Part shown: positions 55,550-64,000 of the stretch, piece after piece
Layout: each line of letters opens with the position of its first letter
Position numbering within the stretch: the first letter of the stretch is position 1
Source: an uncultured Eggerthella sp.
GTDB taxonomy: Bacteria; Actinomycetota; Coriobacteriia; Coriobacteriales; Eggerthellaceae
DNA: 64,000 nucleotides
Reading direction: 5' to 3'
Assembly: GCA_900546175.1 (NCBI GenBank)
Contig: URBX01000003.1
Location: forward strand, 2,224-66,223
Made by a program: the position numbers and the translations under genes
Notes under the pieces: model-generated
Databases searched by the model: none
What the model was told of the DNA's origin: nothing
Seen by the model: only the letters and a program-made list of their open reading frames with translations

Positions 55550-57123
55550 ACCTGCCCTCCTGAATGGTGAGCAAGAAGAGAAAGAATTTCTCTTCGAGGA
55601 GGATTCATGGCTTCGATAGGAGCACCCGTATACGCCTCATATTGTTTAAATGTTCCACTCTGTACAAAAGTAATACGGAGTGGCTCCATTCCAAGAATCT
55701 TCTTCAGATTGTCGTAATCGTTATCTTGATAGCTGAAATAAACCTCTAAGTGTCTGCGAAGCAATTCTTCGCTTAAGGCAACGTCTAGCACTTCCTCCGC
55801 TTCCATTTCGACATATAAATGAAGGAACGGATGATGAGTTTGTGCATCAAATTCTTTTGCTGCACACCACTGTTTAATTGGAAGGCGGGAAAGCGCCACC
55901 ACTTCTTTTATTGAGTTTTCAGTAATTCGGGTAAAACCCGCAATATCAATAATGGTTGGCACGCGGTCGATATAGCGGAAACGAGGAAGCGAGGAATGAT
56001 CTCTCTTATCTCCAATACCAACACAACGATACACGTCCCCCATACGATATCGCGCAAAAACACCGCCTTTAAAAACGGTTACTATCAGCTCATAGATTCC
56101 GCCTGGCTCAACCTGATCCATAGTAAGAGTAGGCATATGTTTATCAGTACGCCTCACGCACTCCAAAGGAAGGAACTCGTAGAAGCATACGTCGGGGTAA
56201 AAATAGAGATCTTTTCGGTTCCACGTTTCTGTTCCCACTAAGCTGCATTCAGTTCCCGCGAAAATCTCCATTGGGCGAACGCCCCAGAGCTTTTCCAAAT
56301 CATCTTTATAGCAAGCATTATCAGTACCCGCGCACACAAAACCTTTTAAATCAAAGATGTCTTTTGGATAAACTTCACGACCTTCCCTCTTGGCTATTGC
56401 CTTAGCCTTCAACATGCGCAAGAGTGCTTTTGCGGAAAGATCCTTTTTAGAGGAGCCTGAAGATTTACCAATCTGGTTGCTTAAGAAATAGCTAATGCTT
56501 CCTAATCCAAAGAAATAATCAATACCTTCTGAAAGCCCCATCTTAATGCCAAGCTTGCTTCTTTCAGAAAAACTCATTGAAAGAGTTGTTTCTCGAGGAG
56601 GAAGCATCGTAAAGCCATACTCTTCGTCAAGAATTTGGCCCATAAGGCCTGTCAAATAAGGAAGAGGAGCTAAGCCCGACAGCACATTTTTACCAACCGT
56701 GTATGTTTTCCAATCGGTTGCGGTTGAGAAAATAATGAGAGAGCGGGCGTTTCTGTGGAATGTATCAAGCATAGCCTGAGTGTAAGGAGCACTCTTTATT
56801 GGATGCTGGCCACCTTCCCAGGTAGTTTCAATCCAAACTGCTGGCTTTTCGGGAAGCATTTCTTCTCGGCGGCCAAGTAATATATCTGCATAATCTTCGT
56901 AGGTAGTCAAAGGAACTATTCGACGGAATTCTTCAATAGTCTGAGGATATCTTCCTTTAGTAATTTTTTGCCCTAAAGGACTATCGGTCCAAACCAAAAT
57001 CTGCTCAGATAAGAGACGATTCTGAATAGTCATATATTGCTCAAGTGAAAGAGTGAGAAAACCGCAGCATTCATCCCAAAGCTCACTTTGGGTACGAGAA
57101 GACACAAACTTATCTTCAGCCAC
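55537..57123 (-). CDS. GH3-family (adenylate-forming amido synthetase-like) protein
   Basis: VPLTTYEDYADIL resembles the GH3 motif; about 528 aa, consistent with bacterial GH3. Confidence 0.55.
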   Translation of the reverse strand: MAEDKFVSSRTQSELWDECCGFLTLSLEQYMTIQNRLLSEQILVWTDSPLGQKITKGRYPQTIEEFRRIVPLTTYEDYADILLGRREEMLPEKPAVWIETTWEGGQHPIKSAPYTQAMLDTFHRNARSLIIFSTATDWKTYTVGKNVLSGLAPLPYLTGLMGQILDEEYGFTMLPPRETTLSMSFSERSKLGIKMGLSEGIDYFFGLGSISYFLSNQIGKSSGSSKKDLSAKALLRMLKAKAIAKREGREVYPKDIFDLKGFVCAGTDNACYKDDLEKLWGVRPMEIFAGTECSLVGTETWNRKDLYFYPDVCFYEFLPLECVRRTDKHMPTLTMDQVEPGGIYELIVTVFKGGVFARYRMGDVYRCVGIGDKRDHSSLPRFRYIDRVPTIIDIAGFTRITENSIKEVVALSRLPIKQWCAAKEFDAQTHHPFLHLYVEMEAEEVLDVALSEELLRRHLEVYFSYQDNDYDNLKKILGMEPLRITFVQSGTFKQYEAYTGAPIEAMNPPRREILSLLAHHSGGQVWSL

Positions 57124-57141
57124 TGCTCTTCACCTTCTTTC

Positions 57142-57708
57142 TTAAGCTCTTATGCGAGCACTAACCCGAGGAATAAACAAATTTGAATGATTCTTATATT
57201 CTTCGTATCCTTCAAGCATTAACGGAAAGGTCCATTTGTCCTGAAAGAGCATATAAGCAACATTACCTAAACAGAGAAAAATAAACCCAAGAAAGTTGAC
57301 AAAACTAGGTAAAGCAATCAATAAACCTATGTAAAGGCAACAAAAAAAGAAAACACCTGGATGCCTACACAGAGCATACGCTCCCCCCTCGTACACCCTT
57401 CTGCGCTCTCCTGGTTGAGAATAGGTTCCTTTCGGAAGAGAAAAAACCAAAGACCAAAGCATTGCTCCAAAAGAGACAACAGTAAGCACTAACCCGACAA
57501 TAAGAGAACATGAGAAACTTACCAGCTCTAAAGAATTGAGAACAAGAATAAGGGTCGAGACAACAACAAGAACAACGCCCCCACCGAATAGAAGAGAGGT
57601 ATGAGCTACCAGGGGCCTACGCACACTTACCCAGTCGTATGCGAAGAAAAGTATGTATGCAAAAACGGCAAGCGTTATAGAAAACACTAAGGCCACCGAT
57701 TCCTCCAC
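57142..57708 (-). CDS. Isoprenylcysteine carboxyl methyltransferase (ICMT/PEMT)-family membrane protein
   Basis: CRHPGVFF (RHPxY-like) and EGYEEYKNH (EE..Y) motifs in a 5-6 TM protein. Confidence 0.55.
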   Translation of the reverse strand: MEESVALVFSITLAVFAYILFFAYDWVSVRRPLVAHTSLLFGGGVVLVVVSTLILVLNSLELVSFSCSLIVGLVLTVVSFGAMLWSLVFSLPKGTYSQPGERRRVYEGGAYALCRHPGVFFFCCLYIGLLIALPSFVNFLGFIFLCLGNVAYMLFQDKWTFPLMLEGYEEYKNHSNLFIPRVSARIRA

Positions 57709-58011
57709 TAAAGCCTATAAAAGGCCCCAAAAGACTGACTTTTTTTCAACATAGAATAACCATGAAGTATTGAATTTCCCCCCAAGCCAAAAGAATACTT
57801 CTTTTGCACCAAAGAGAAAAGACTCTTTAATGAGTCTTTTGCTTATAAAAACCATTCATTTTTTTAATAACGTGTTTGTCTTTCCTGCTTTTAGCCTCTC
57901 AAGCTTTCTATACTCAAGCTCACGCCTGAGACAAACAAAACATCTTTACATACCTAAGAAACCGGCACAAAACAAGTTAGCAACAAGAATACGTAAGCCA
58001 CACAAAAACGC

Positions 58012-58863
58012 TTAGCAGTATGAAATAATTAAGCCGTTTCTCTCAGCGTAGAAGCTGTCTAATCCACGTGTTTCATAAATGGACGTTTGAGCGCTTGGCC
58101 AATTCTCAACAATAAGATCGGACAACTTTTTAGCTAACTCAGGATTAAAGCAATGGCTAATAACTACATTTCCGCCCGAGAAACCTTTATCTTCCATTTC
58201 TTGAACAATCATCTTCAAAACGCCCTTTTTGCCCTTTGCTTTACCAACCATTTCAATGGTTCCTTCAGAAGATGCTCTACCAACCCCCCAAATAGGCAAA
58301 TGGGTAGCGATAATGCCTACCGTCTTTGAAACACGACCATTCTTTGCCAAATTGCCAAAAGATGAAAGAGCAAAAACGGTATTACAGGCATCAACGTATT
58401 TACGAAGATGAACAACAATATCTTCGAGGGATTCCCCTTGAGCGCGCCACTCCAATAAGCGATCAATCAAAATAATGATGCCTGGGCCTGTTGAGAAGCT
58501 ATCAATAACTTCAATTTTCTTTTCAGGATACTTTTCCTGAATCATTTCTCGCGCAGACTCAGCGCTGTTATGACTGCCAGAAAGATTTGAAGAAATGGTA
58601 AAAGCAATAACTTCGTTGGCTTCTTCAAATTTGCTTGCCCATGACTGAGGAGAAGGACATGCCGAACTTCCCAACTCTTTACAATTCTCCATATCTGTTA
58701 CGAAATCTTCTAAAGCAAGAGATTCGTCGTCAACATAGTGTTTTCCACCAATGAGCATAGAAAAAGGAACGGTTTCTAAGAACACTTCTCCTTTAACTAG
58801 TTCAGTATCGTAGAGATCACTGGAAGAATCACAAACAAGCAATAAGGACATTCTGGTCTCCAT
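58012..58863 (-). CDS. DegV-family fatty-acid-binding protein
   Basis: LLVCDSSSDL N-terminus and the overall DegV pattern. Confidence 0.85.
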   Translation of the reverse strand: METRMSLLLVCDSSSDLYDTELVKGEVFLETVPFSMLIGGKHYVDDESLALEDFVTDMENCKELGSSACPSPQSWASKFEEANEVIAFTISSNLSGSHNSAESAREMIQEKYPEKKIEVIDSFSTGPGIIILIDRLLEWRAQGESLEDIVVHLRKYVDACNTVFALSSFGNLAKNGRVSKTVGIIATHLPIWGVGRASSEGTIEMVGKAKGKKGVLKMIVQEMEDKGFSGGNVVISHCFNPELAKKLSDLIVENWPSAQTSIYETRGLDSFYAERNGLIISYC

Positions 58864-59021
58864 ACAGACGAATACTTTTACCTATCTAAAAGTAGAATAC
58901 TTTCTTCTGGTAATGTTCTGGTAAACCAAATGAGGACAAAGTTTACATTTAATTTACGTAAAAACTCCATGCTTTTTCATGCATCCGAATCCGACTACTT
59001 ACCCAAAGCTCATTAAGTAAC

Positions 59022-60191
59022 TTATTTCGCAGAAGAGGTGTTTTTTGGGAGCGTAACAAAAAAGGCACTTCCTTGCCCTACGGCACTTTCAACCGTAATG
59101 AAACCTTTACATAACTCAATAATTCTGCTGCAGATAGAAAGCCCTAATCCAAGGCCTTGCGCCGACCTACTGGAATCCCCTTGGAAGTACGGATCAAACA
59201 AATGGGCTTGGGTTGCTTGAGACATTCCTTCTCCAGTATCACGCACACAAACAAGCACCGAATTTGGGCTCTCTTCCAAAGTAAGAGTAATTGTGCCCCC
59301 CTCAGGCGTGTATTTAACTGCATTCGTTAGAAGATTGAGCCAAAGATGAGACATGATTTCTTTATTGCCTTCAAAATCCACATCGGGGAGATCGCTTTCA
59401 AAGTCCTGATGTTTTCCCATCCAAGCGCCCGAACAAATAATGGCACATTGACGAAGCTGTTCGCCAAGGTTATACACTTCAGTTTCTCCAATGCGTTGCT
59501 GGTTTGAAAGCTTCGAGAGAAAAATAGTATTAGAGGCAAGAGTGGAAAGGCGCTCCGATTCATCGCGAATAATAGTGAGATATTCCTGCTGTTGCTCTTT
59601 AGAGAGATCTTTCTCTAACAACAATTCAGCAAAACCACCAATAGAAGCAATAGGTGTCTTAAATTCGTGAGAATAGTTGTTAATAAAATCATTTTGCAAC
59701 AGCTGAACACTGGCAAGTTCACTGGTCATCTTGTTGAAGTTCTCGTATACACCTGCCATAGGATCACGCGGATGATACTCAATTCGATACTGAAAATCTC
59801 CATTTGCAACACTGAAAATTGCTTCCGACAGGGTGTCAATCTCTTTAAATCTGCTTCTATAGATATAGGTATTAACCGAAACTAACGCAATAACCATAAG
59901 AAATAGCGTGCCAAGGATTTCATACAGTGCTGCCAGGAAGGTGTCTTCCACGCCTGCAATTTCCGTAACAAGCCACGTCATGAGCGAGTACGAAGCAACC
60001 GAAACCGCAACAATGATAACTCCCTGCACAATTACCTGAGGAAGGTTGCGCTTTAAAAAAACTTGCGCTTGTTCTTTTGCTTTAAGAAATTCTGTTGTAG
60101 CTTGGTTTGCCTGCTCTTTTGCCTGCTCTTTTACCAAATCTCGAACCTGATACGCTTGATTTTTAGCCTTTGTTGTTTGCTTCATCGGCAA
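59022..60191 (-). CDS. Sensor histidine kinase
   Basis: H-box SHEFKTPIASI; G boxes DTGEGM, GLGLGLSICSRI. Confidence 0.85.
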   Translation of the reverse strand: MPMKQTTKAKNQAYQVRDLVKEQAKEQANQATTEFLKAKEQAQVFLKRNLPQVIVQGVIIVAVSVASYSLMTWLVTEIAGVEDTFLAALYEILGTLFLMVIALVSVNTYIYRSRFKEIDTLSEAIFSVANGDFQYRIEYHPRDPMAGVYENFNKMTSELASVQLLQNDFINNYSHEFKTPIASIGGFAELLLEKDLSKEQQQEYLTIIRDESERLSTLASNTIFLSKLSNQQRIGETEVYNLGEQLRQCAIICSGAWMGKHQDFESDLPDVDFEGNKEIMSHLWLNLLTNAVKYTPEGGTITLTLEESPNSVLVCVRDTGEGMSQATQAHLFDPYFQGDSSRSAQGLGLGLSICSRIIELCKGFITVESAVGQGSAFFVTLPKNTSSAK

Positions 60192-60852
60192 TATCCACCT
60201 TATAGCCCAAACCTTTTACGGTCACAATGGAAAACTCTTCGATATCGGCAAGTCTGTTTCGCAATCGACTGATGTGGGTCTTTACCGTCTCTTCCCCGCT
60301 TTCTGAAGCAATGCCCCAAACCTTATCCATAAGTTGTCGTTTAGAGAAAATTTGACCAGGATAAGAAAGCATCTGAAAGAGCAGATCGAACTCTCTTCGA
60401 GGAAGTTCGATATATTCTTGATCGGAGTAAACTGCATATCGCTCAGAATCAACTGTTACATTTCCAACTGTGATTTTTCTACTTTCAGAAATGCCTGAAC
60501 GGCGAAGAAGCGCTGCTACGCGCCAGAGTAACTCTTCAGAATTAAAAGGTTTCGTAAGATAATCATCCGCTCCTAGCTCAAAGCCAAGGCGTTTTGAATC
60601 AAGCGTTTCTTTAGCAGTAAGCATAAGGAAAGGAGTGTTCACCCCTTCTTTGCGAATGGTTTCAAGTAACTCATACCCATCCATTCGCGGCATCATAATG
60701 TCCGCCACGATAAGATCAATGCCACCATGGCGGACCAATTCCAATGCCTCAAGACCGTCGCTTGCGGTAAGAACGTTATACTTGCCCGACAGGCGAGCAA
60801 CCGTAAGCATTCTCATACTTCTATCGTCTTCAACAACTAATACGGTTGCCAT
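60163..60852 (-). CDS. OmpR-family response regulator
   Basis: REC (LIVADIMMPRMDG) plus a winged-helix C-terminus. Confidence 0.9.
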   Translation of the reverse strand: MATVLVVEDDRSMRMLTVARLSGKYNVLTASDGLEALELVRHGGIDLIVADIMMPRMDGYELLETIRKEGVNTPFLMLTAKETLDSKRLGFELGADDYLTKPFNSEELLWRVAALLRRSGISESRKITVGNVTVDSERYAVYSDQEYIELPRREFDLLFQMLSYPGQIFSKRQLMDKVWGIASESGEETVKTHISRLRNRLADIEEFSIVTVKGLGYKVDIADEANNKG

Positions 60853-61012
60853 AATTCGTCCCTTCGCTCACAGCAATTCGGATTGCAAAATAGTATGCCT
60901 ATCATTCTTTTTCGAATTATATCCTGTGTGAGGAACTATTGGATATTTCCACGATAGGATTCATCATATTGAAAATGAGAAATATCCACTTTGTTGGGTT
61001 ACGAAAAATCTC

Positions 61013-61729
61013 TTACAACTCTCGTGTTGAATAGAAACGCATGCTCAACATGAGGCTTATTCCGTAGATAACAAAACCTACTACCAACGCAATTAATCCA
61101 ATTACTACTTGGTCCTGAGCAAAAATCTCAACAATGATTACTTCTGGATTCATAAAGGAACCGAACGCTACGATAGTTGCAATAATAAGAACAGCCACGA
61201 TAGGAATGTACCTACCTGCTTTTTCCATACCAAACTTAAACGCAAGCGGATACTGAATAGAATTGCAAACAAGAAGCATGATAGTTATCGAAATTCCTGC
61301 AACAAATACCGCGGACAGGAAATCTGCCATCATTCCCTGTCCAAACAGAAGCGAAGTTTCTGCGAAAGCGCCTTCGATACCTAACACTCCGCCTGCACTA
61401 TACGCAACACCTAATACTAAAAGAAGCGATGCAAAACCACACAACAAACCAACAACCATGAACACCAATGCAGAAACGTAGCGACCTCTTACAATTTGGC
61501 TACGCGAAAAAGGCATAGCTAAACGATAGTTTTCCCAATTGTTCTGGCTATCCCACAAAGGCATTCCAACACAGTGGCCAAAGGCAAGAATTGCATAGGC
61601 GCAGGAGAATGCCATAAGAGGCTCATCGCAAACAAGACCGCAAAAGGCGCCGATAACAATAGCTAAAAGAATCTGAGCAACAATTCCACTCCGCGCAATT
61701 AACACATCAGACACTACTTGCTTAATCAT
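61013..61729 (-). CDS. ABC-2-type transporter permease
   Basis: About 6 TM segments, 4-nt overlap with the upstream ATPase gene. Confidence 0.6.
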   Translation of the reverse strand: MIKQVVSDVLIARSGIVAQILLAIVIGAFCGLVCDEPLMAFSCAYAILAFGHCVGMPLWDSQNNWENYRLAMPFSRSQIVRGRYVSALVFMVVGLLCGFASLLLVLGVAYSAGGVLGIEGAFAETSLLFGQGMMADFLSAVFVAGISITIMLLVCNSIQYPLAFKFGMEKAGRYIPIVAVLIIATIVAFGSFMNPEVIIVEIFAQDQVVIGLIALVVGFVIYGISLMLSMRFYSTREL

Positions 61730-62604
61730 CGTACTTCTCCTTTCAACATAATGCGCATGTAATCTTCAATAGTGCAGCGATCGCAATCAATCTCAGGGAA
61801 TGCCTTTTTGAAATCAAAACGGTCAGGCACAAGCACATTCATTCCCAATCCTGCCTTCTCATAATGCATAGCTCCCGACATGAAGTAACCCATTTCCCCA
61901 AGCGCTTCAACATCAACACTTCTGCAGCGAGCAAGACCAGCTGTATCGGTAATGTCTTCGCGGTTGCATGAGAACACTATCTGTCCCTCATCAAGGCAAA
62001 TAACCCGATCAGCAATCTTTTCTAAATCACTCGTAATGTGAGTACACATAAGAATTCCGCAATCAGTCTCCGTTTGATAATCACGCAAAACCTGCAATAC
62101 CTCTTCACGAACCATAGGATCAAGGCCAGCAGTTGCTTCATCAAGAAGAAGAAGCTGAGGCTTTGAAGCAAGTGCACAAGCAATACTCAACTTCATGCTG
62201 TTACCGCGCGACAACTCTTCGGTCTTCTTAAAAGAAGAGATATTGAGCAGCTCGTAATAGCGCTTGAACTCATAGGGGTCCCAAGACCGATAAGAGACTT
62301 TCATCAGTTTGACCACATCGGAAAGAGAAAAAGCTTTTGGAAGCATTCCTGTATCAAACACAACGCCAATCTTTTCTCTCATTTGAGTTGTAGCCCCTCT
62401 GTTAGCCTCTTGGTCAAACAGCGAAATGGTTCCCTCATTAATAAAAATGTGGCCAAGAATGCTCTTGATGAGCGTGGTTTTGCCAGCACCATTTGTGCCA
62501 ACCAGTCCCACAACTTCGCCAGGTCCGATTTCTAAATTAACCCCTTTAAGGGCAAAATCATGATAGATCTTTGTGACGTTAGTAACCTTAAGCAGGCTTT
62601 TCAT
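61726..62604 (-). CDS. ABC transporter ATP-binding protein
   Basis: GTNGAGKTTLIKS, LSRGNSMKLSIACAL, LLLDEATAGLD. Confidence 0.9.
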   Translation of the reverse strand: MKSLLKVTNVTKIYHDFALKGVNLEIGPGEVVGLVGTNGAGKTTLIKSILGHIFINEGTISLFDQEANRGATTQMREKIGVVFDTGMLPKAFSLSDVVKLMKVSYRSWDPYEFKRYYELLNISSFKKTEELSRGNSMKLSIACALASKPQLLLLDEATAGLDPMVREEVLQVLRDYQTETDCGILMCTHITSDLEKIADRVICLDEGQIVFSCNREDITDTAGLARCRSVDVEALGEMGYFMSGAMHYEKAGLGMNVLVPDRFDFKKAFPEIDCDRCTIEDYMRIMLKGEVR

Positions 62605-62606
62605 CT

Positions 62607-62981
62607 CTACTCGCTTTCCGCCAAAATATCCAACATTTCATGAAGCTCATCAAGGCTTAAACCAGCAGCCTGAGCTCCACTTAATGCGTGACGAAGATTA
62701 GCTTCAACAGCCATGATTCGCTGTTCTCGCTGGAGTTCCAACCCTTTTGCTGAAACAAACGTGCCCTTACCCTGAACGGTTTCAACAAGCCCTTGTTCTT
62801 CAAGGTTTTGATATACCCGCTTGGTGGTAATTACACTTACTCGTAAATCATTCGCAAGAGATCGAATTGAGGGAAGTGCCTCACCCGCAACTAACTCTCC
62901 CGATAAAATGACATCTCGAATTTGCTCTTCAATCTGCACATAAATTGGCTTGTCGCTTCCATTGGAGATGATGATTTCCAT
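62607..62981 (-). CDS. GntR-family (YtrA-like) transcriptional regulator
   Basis: LPSIRSLANDLRVSVITTKRVYQNLEEQGLV HTH; first gene of the GntR-ABC operon. Confidence 0.85.
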   Translation of the reverse strand: MEIIISNGSDKPIYVQIEEQIRDVILSGELVAGEALPSIRSLANDLRVSVITTKRVYQNLEEQGLVETVQGKGTFVSAKGLELQREQRIMAVEANLRHALSGAQAAGLSLDELHEMLDILAESE

Positions 62982-63000
62982 CCTCTCCTCCTTACTAAAG

Positions 63001-63045
63001 TGTATATACGCTATATGTACAGTATATACACAGTATACACACTGT
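63001..63045. promoter_or_regulatory. Putative GntR operator cluster: three GTATA(TA)C palindromes
   Basis: GTATATAC at 63002-63009 and 63022-63029, GTATAC at 63033-63038, directly upstream of the GntR start (RBS GGAGGAGAGGA). Confidence 0.45.
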
Positions 63046-63106
63046 CAACCAATTTTTAGAAAGACCTGAAAAAGAAGTCCGCAGAAAAGAAAGCCTGCTT
63101 ATAAGA

Positions 63107-64000
63107 TTACGACTCAATATACTCTCGGGTAATAGTTTTAGAAGCAGTGTAGGTTACTGCCAAATAGAGGCCATACACACCCACCAAGAATACTAAAGCC
63201 AAGACGATACCCGTTGTTGGATCAACTCCTAAAGGCTTGAATAGTGCGTTATTCAATACAAAGATTGCATAGAACGAATGGCAAACCGCAAGCACAAGAG
63301 GTGCCAAGAAGTACAGCAGCGTCTGAGAACGAAGACTTCCCAATATGCTTGAAGTATCACAACCTAATGAAGACAACTTTTTGTATCGAGGAAGCGAATC
63401 GGTTGTTTCACTGAGTTGCTGGATAGCCAAAATTGCCGCAGTTGTAACCAAGAGAACAAAGCCAATATAGAGAGCTAAATACGTAATGAGAAGCTTAAGC
63501 CCACCAGCCTGGTCAATTACTTCATTAGCTGTTAGATATTGCACGACATATCCAACAGGAATCATGTCCGTGTTTTCTTCATAATCCAACAAATAGGCAT
63601 CAAGCGCAGCGTTATCGTGAGCAGGCATAACATCTAGATAGCGATAGGAAGGAAGCGCACCAAGAGCTTTTAGCTCTTCGATAACTTCATCGTTTACCAC
63701 AATTACCAAGGCTTGATCTTCCATCATGCTTACATGTATTTGCTCATACAAAACAACATCAGATGGATACAGTTGGTTATTAGCAATAGGAAGAACAACT
63801 CCCTTGTCATTTACTAATTGAGCAAGCTTATTTAAACCTTCAACACTATTAAGAATAAGATACGCGCCTTCGTTTACTCTGACAGGGTCTTTTCCTGCTA
63901 GCTTGAGACAATCGTTTACCTGACTAACACCAACTACCTGAATATCGTGTCGGTAATTTCCCGAAGCAGACTCATTAAATTCCTTCTCAAATCCGTACTC
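63107..64000 (-). CDS. FtsX-like ABC transporter permease, C-terminal part (5' end lies outside the window)
   Basis: The reading frame stays open on the minus strand to nt 64000 (checked codon by codon); C-terminal 4-TM bundle typical of FtsX-family permeases. Confidence 0.6.
   Translation of the reverse strand, partial: EYGFEKEFNESASGNYRHDIQVVGVSQVNDCLKLAGKDPVRVNEGAYLILNSVEGLNKLAQLVNDKGVVLPIANNQLYPSDVVLYEQIHVSMMEDQALVIVVNDEVIEELKALGALPSYRYLDVMPAHDNAALDAYLLDYEENTDMIPVGYVVQYLTANEVIDQAGGLKLLITYLALYIGFVLLVTTAAILAIQQLSETTDSLPRYKKLSSLGCDTSSILGSLRSQTLLYFLAPLVLAVCHSFYAIFVLNNALFKPLGVDPTTGIVLALVFLVGVYGLYLAVTYTASKTITREYIES

Noticed and set aside
1-64000. tRNA, rRNA or tmRNA genes
   Set aside because: No cloverleaf-compatible segments or rRNA-like conserved stretches were recognised by eye. 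A tRNAscan/Infernal run is needed to be certain.

Overview
This 64-kb window looks like a Gram-positive chromosome segment with two compositional compartments. The GC contrast was judged by eye and not computed, and the taxonomy is tentative (codon usage and gene content would fit a Coriobacteriia- or Actinobacteria-like host). The left third, about 1-17.9 kb, is visibly higher in GC (about 58-60% by eye) and looks accessory: a 5'-partial Fe-siderophore-type ABC ATPase; a MerR regulator divergent from a flavodoxin-like / CMD / cupin / alpha-beta-hydrolase operon; a mobile-element remnant (XRE HTH plus ImmA/IrrE peptidase with its own sigma70-like promoter); a tightly translationally coupled three-gene operon of unknown function (DUF4417-like protein; small protein with a His-Gly...Cys dyad; Zn-ribbon fused to a ribosomal L7/L12 C-terminal-like domain); an orphan hypothetical gene on the opposite strand; a Type I restriction-modification operon (RHH protein, hsdM, an embedded unknown 270-aa gene of lower GC, hsdS with ELEA tandem repeats, hsdR, all start/stop coupled); and a DUF262/DUF1524 GmrSD-like Type IV restriction enzyme. 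The rest, about 17.9-64 kb, is lower in GC (about 45% by eye) and looks like core genome. It begins with a degraded M20 peptidase fragment carrying a C7 tract. A CoA-disulfide reductase/rhodanese cassette is flanked by a duplicated 55-bp copy of the cysK 3' end. After that come cysK, a lipoprotein, an MFS transporter, an amino-acid ABC transporter (its permease carries an extra N-terminal extracytoplasmic domain), DUF47/PhoU-like plus PiT, an ArsC/Spx-like protein, NAD(P)HX dehydratase, a small HD protein, a SAM methyltransferase and an SDR. Then an HK/OmpR pair is followed by Ppx/GppA, an Hpt protein and a REC-HD-GYP regulator with a C11 tract upstream. The last stretch holds a U32 peptidase, a C26-type amidotransferase next to murT, MerR/GyrI-like, ygiQ radical SAM, GntR plus membrane protein, a ZIP transporter, pckA, a membrane GGKEF/HD-GYP protein, a GH3-like protein, an ICMT-like protein, DegV, a second HK/RR pair, and a GntR/ABC (YtrA-like) operon with GTATATAC operators. 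No rRNA, tRNA or CRISPR arrays were seen. The strongest novelty candidates are the coupled three-gene operon at 5.4-6.9 kb and the unknown gene embedded between hsdM and hsdS.
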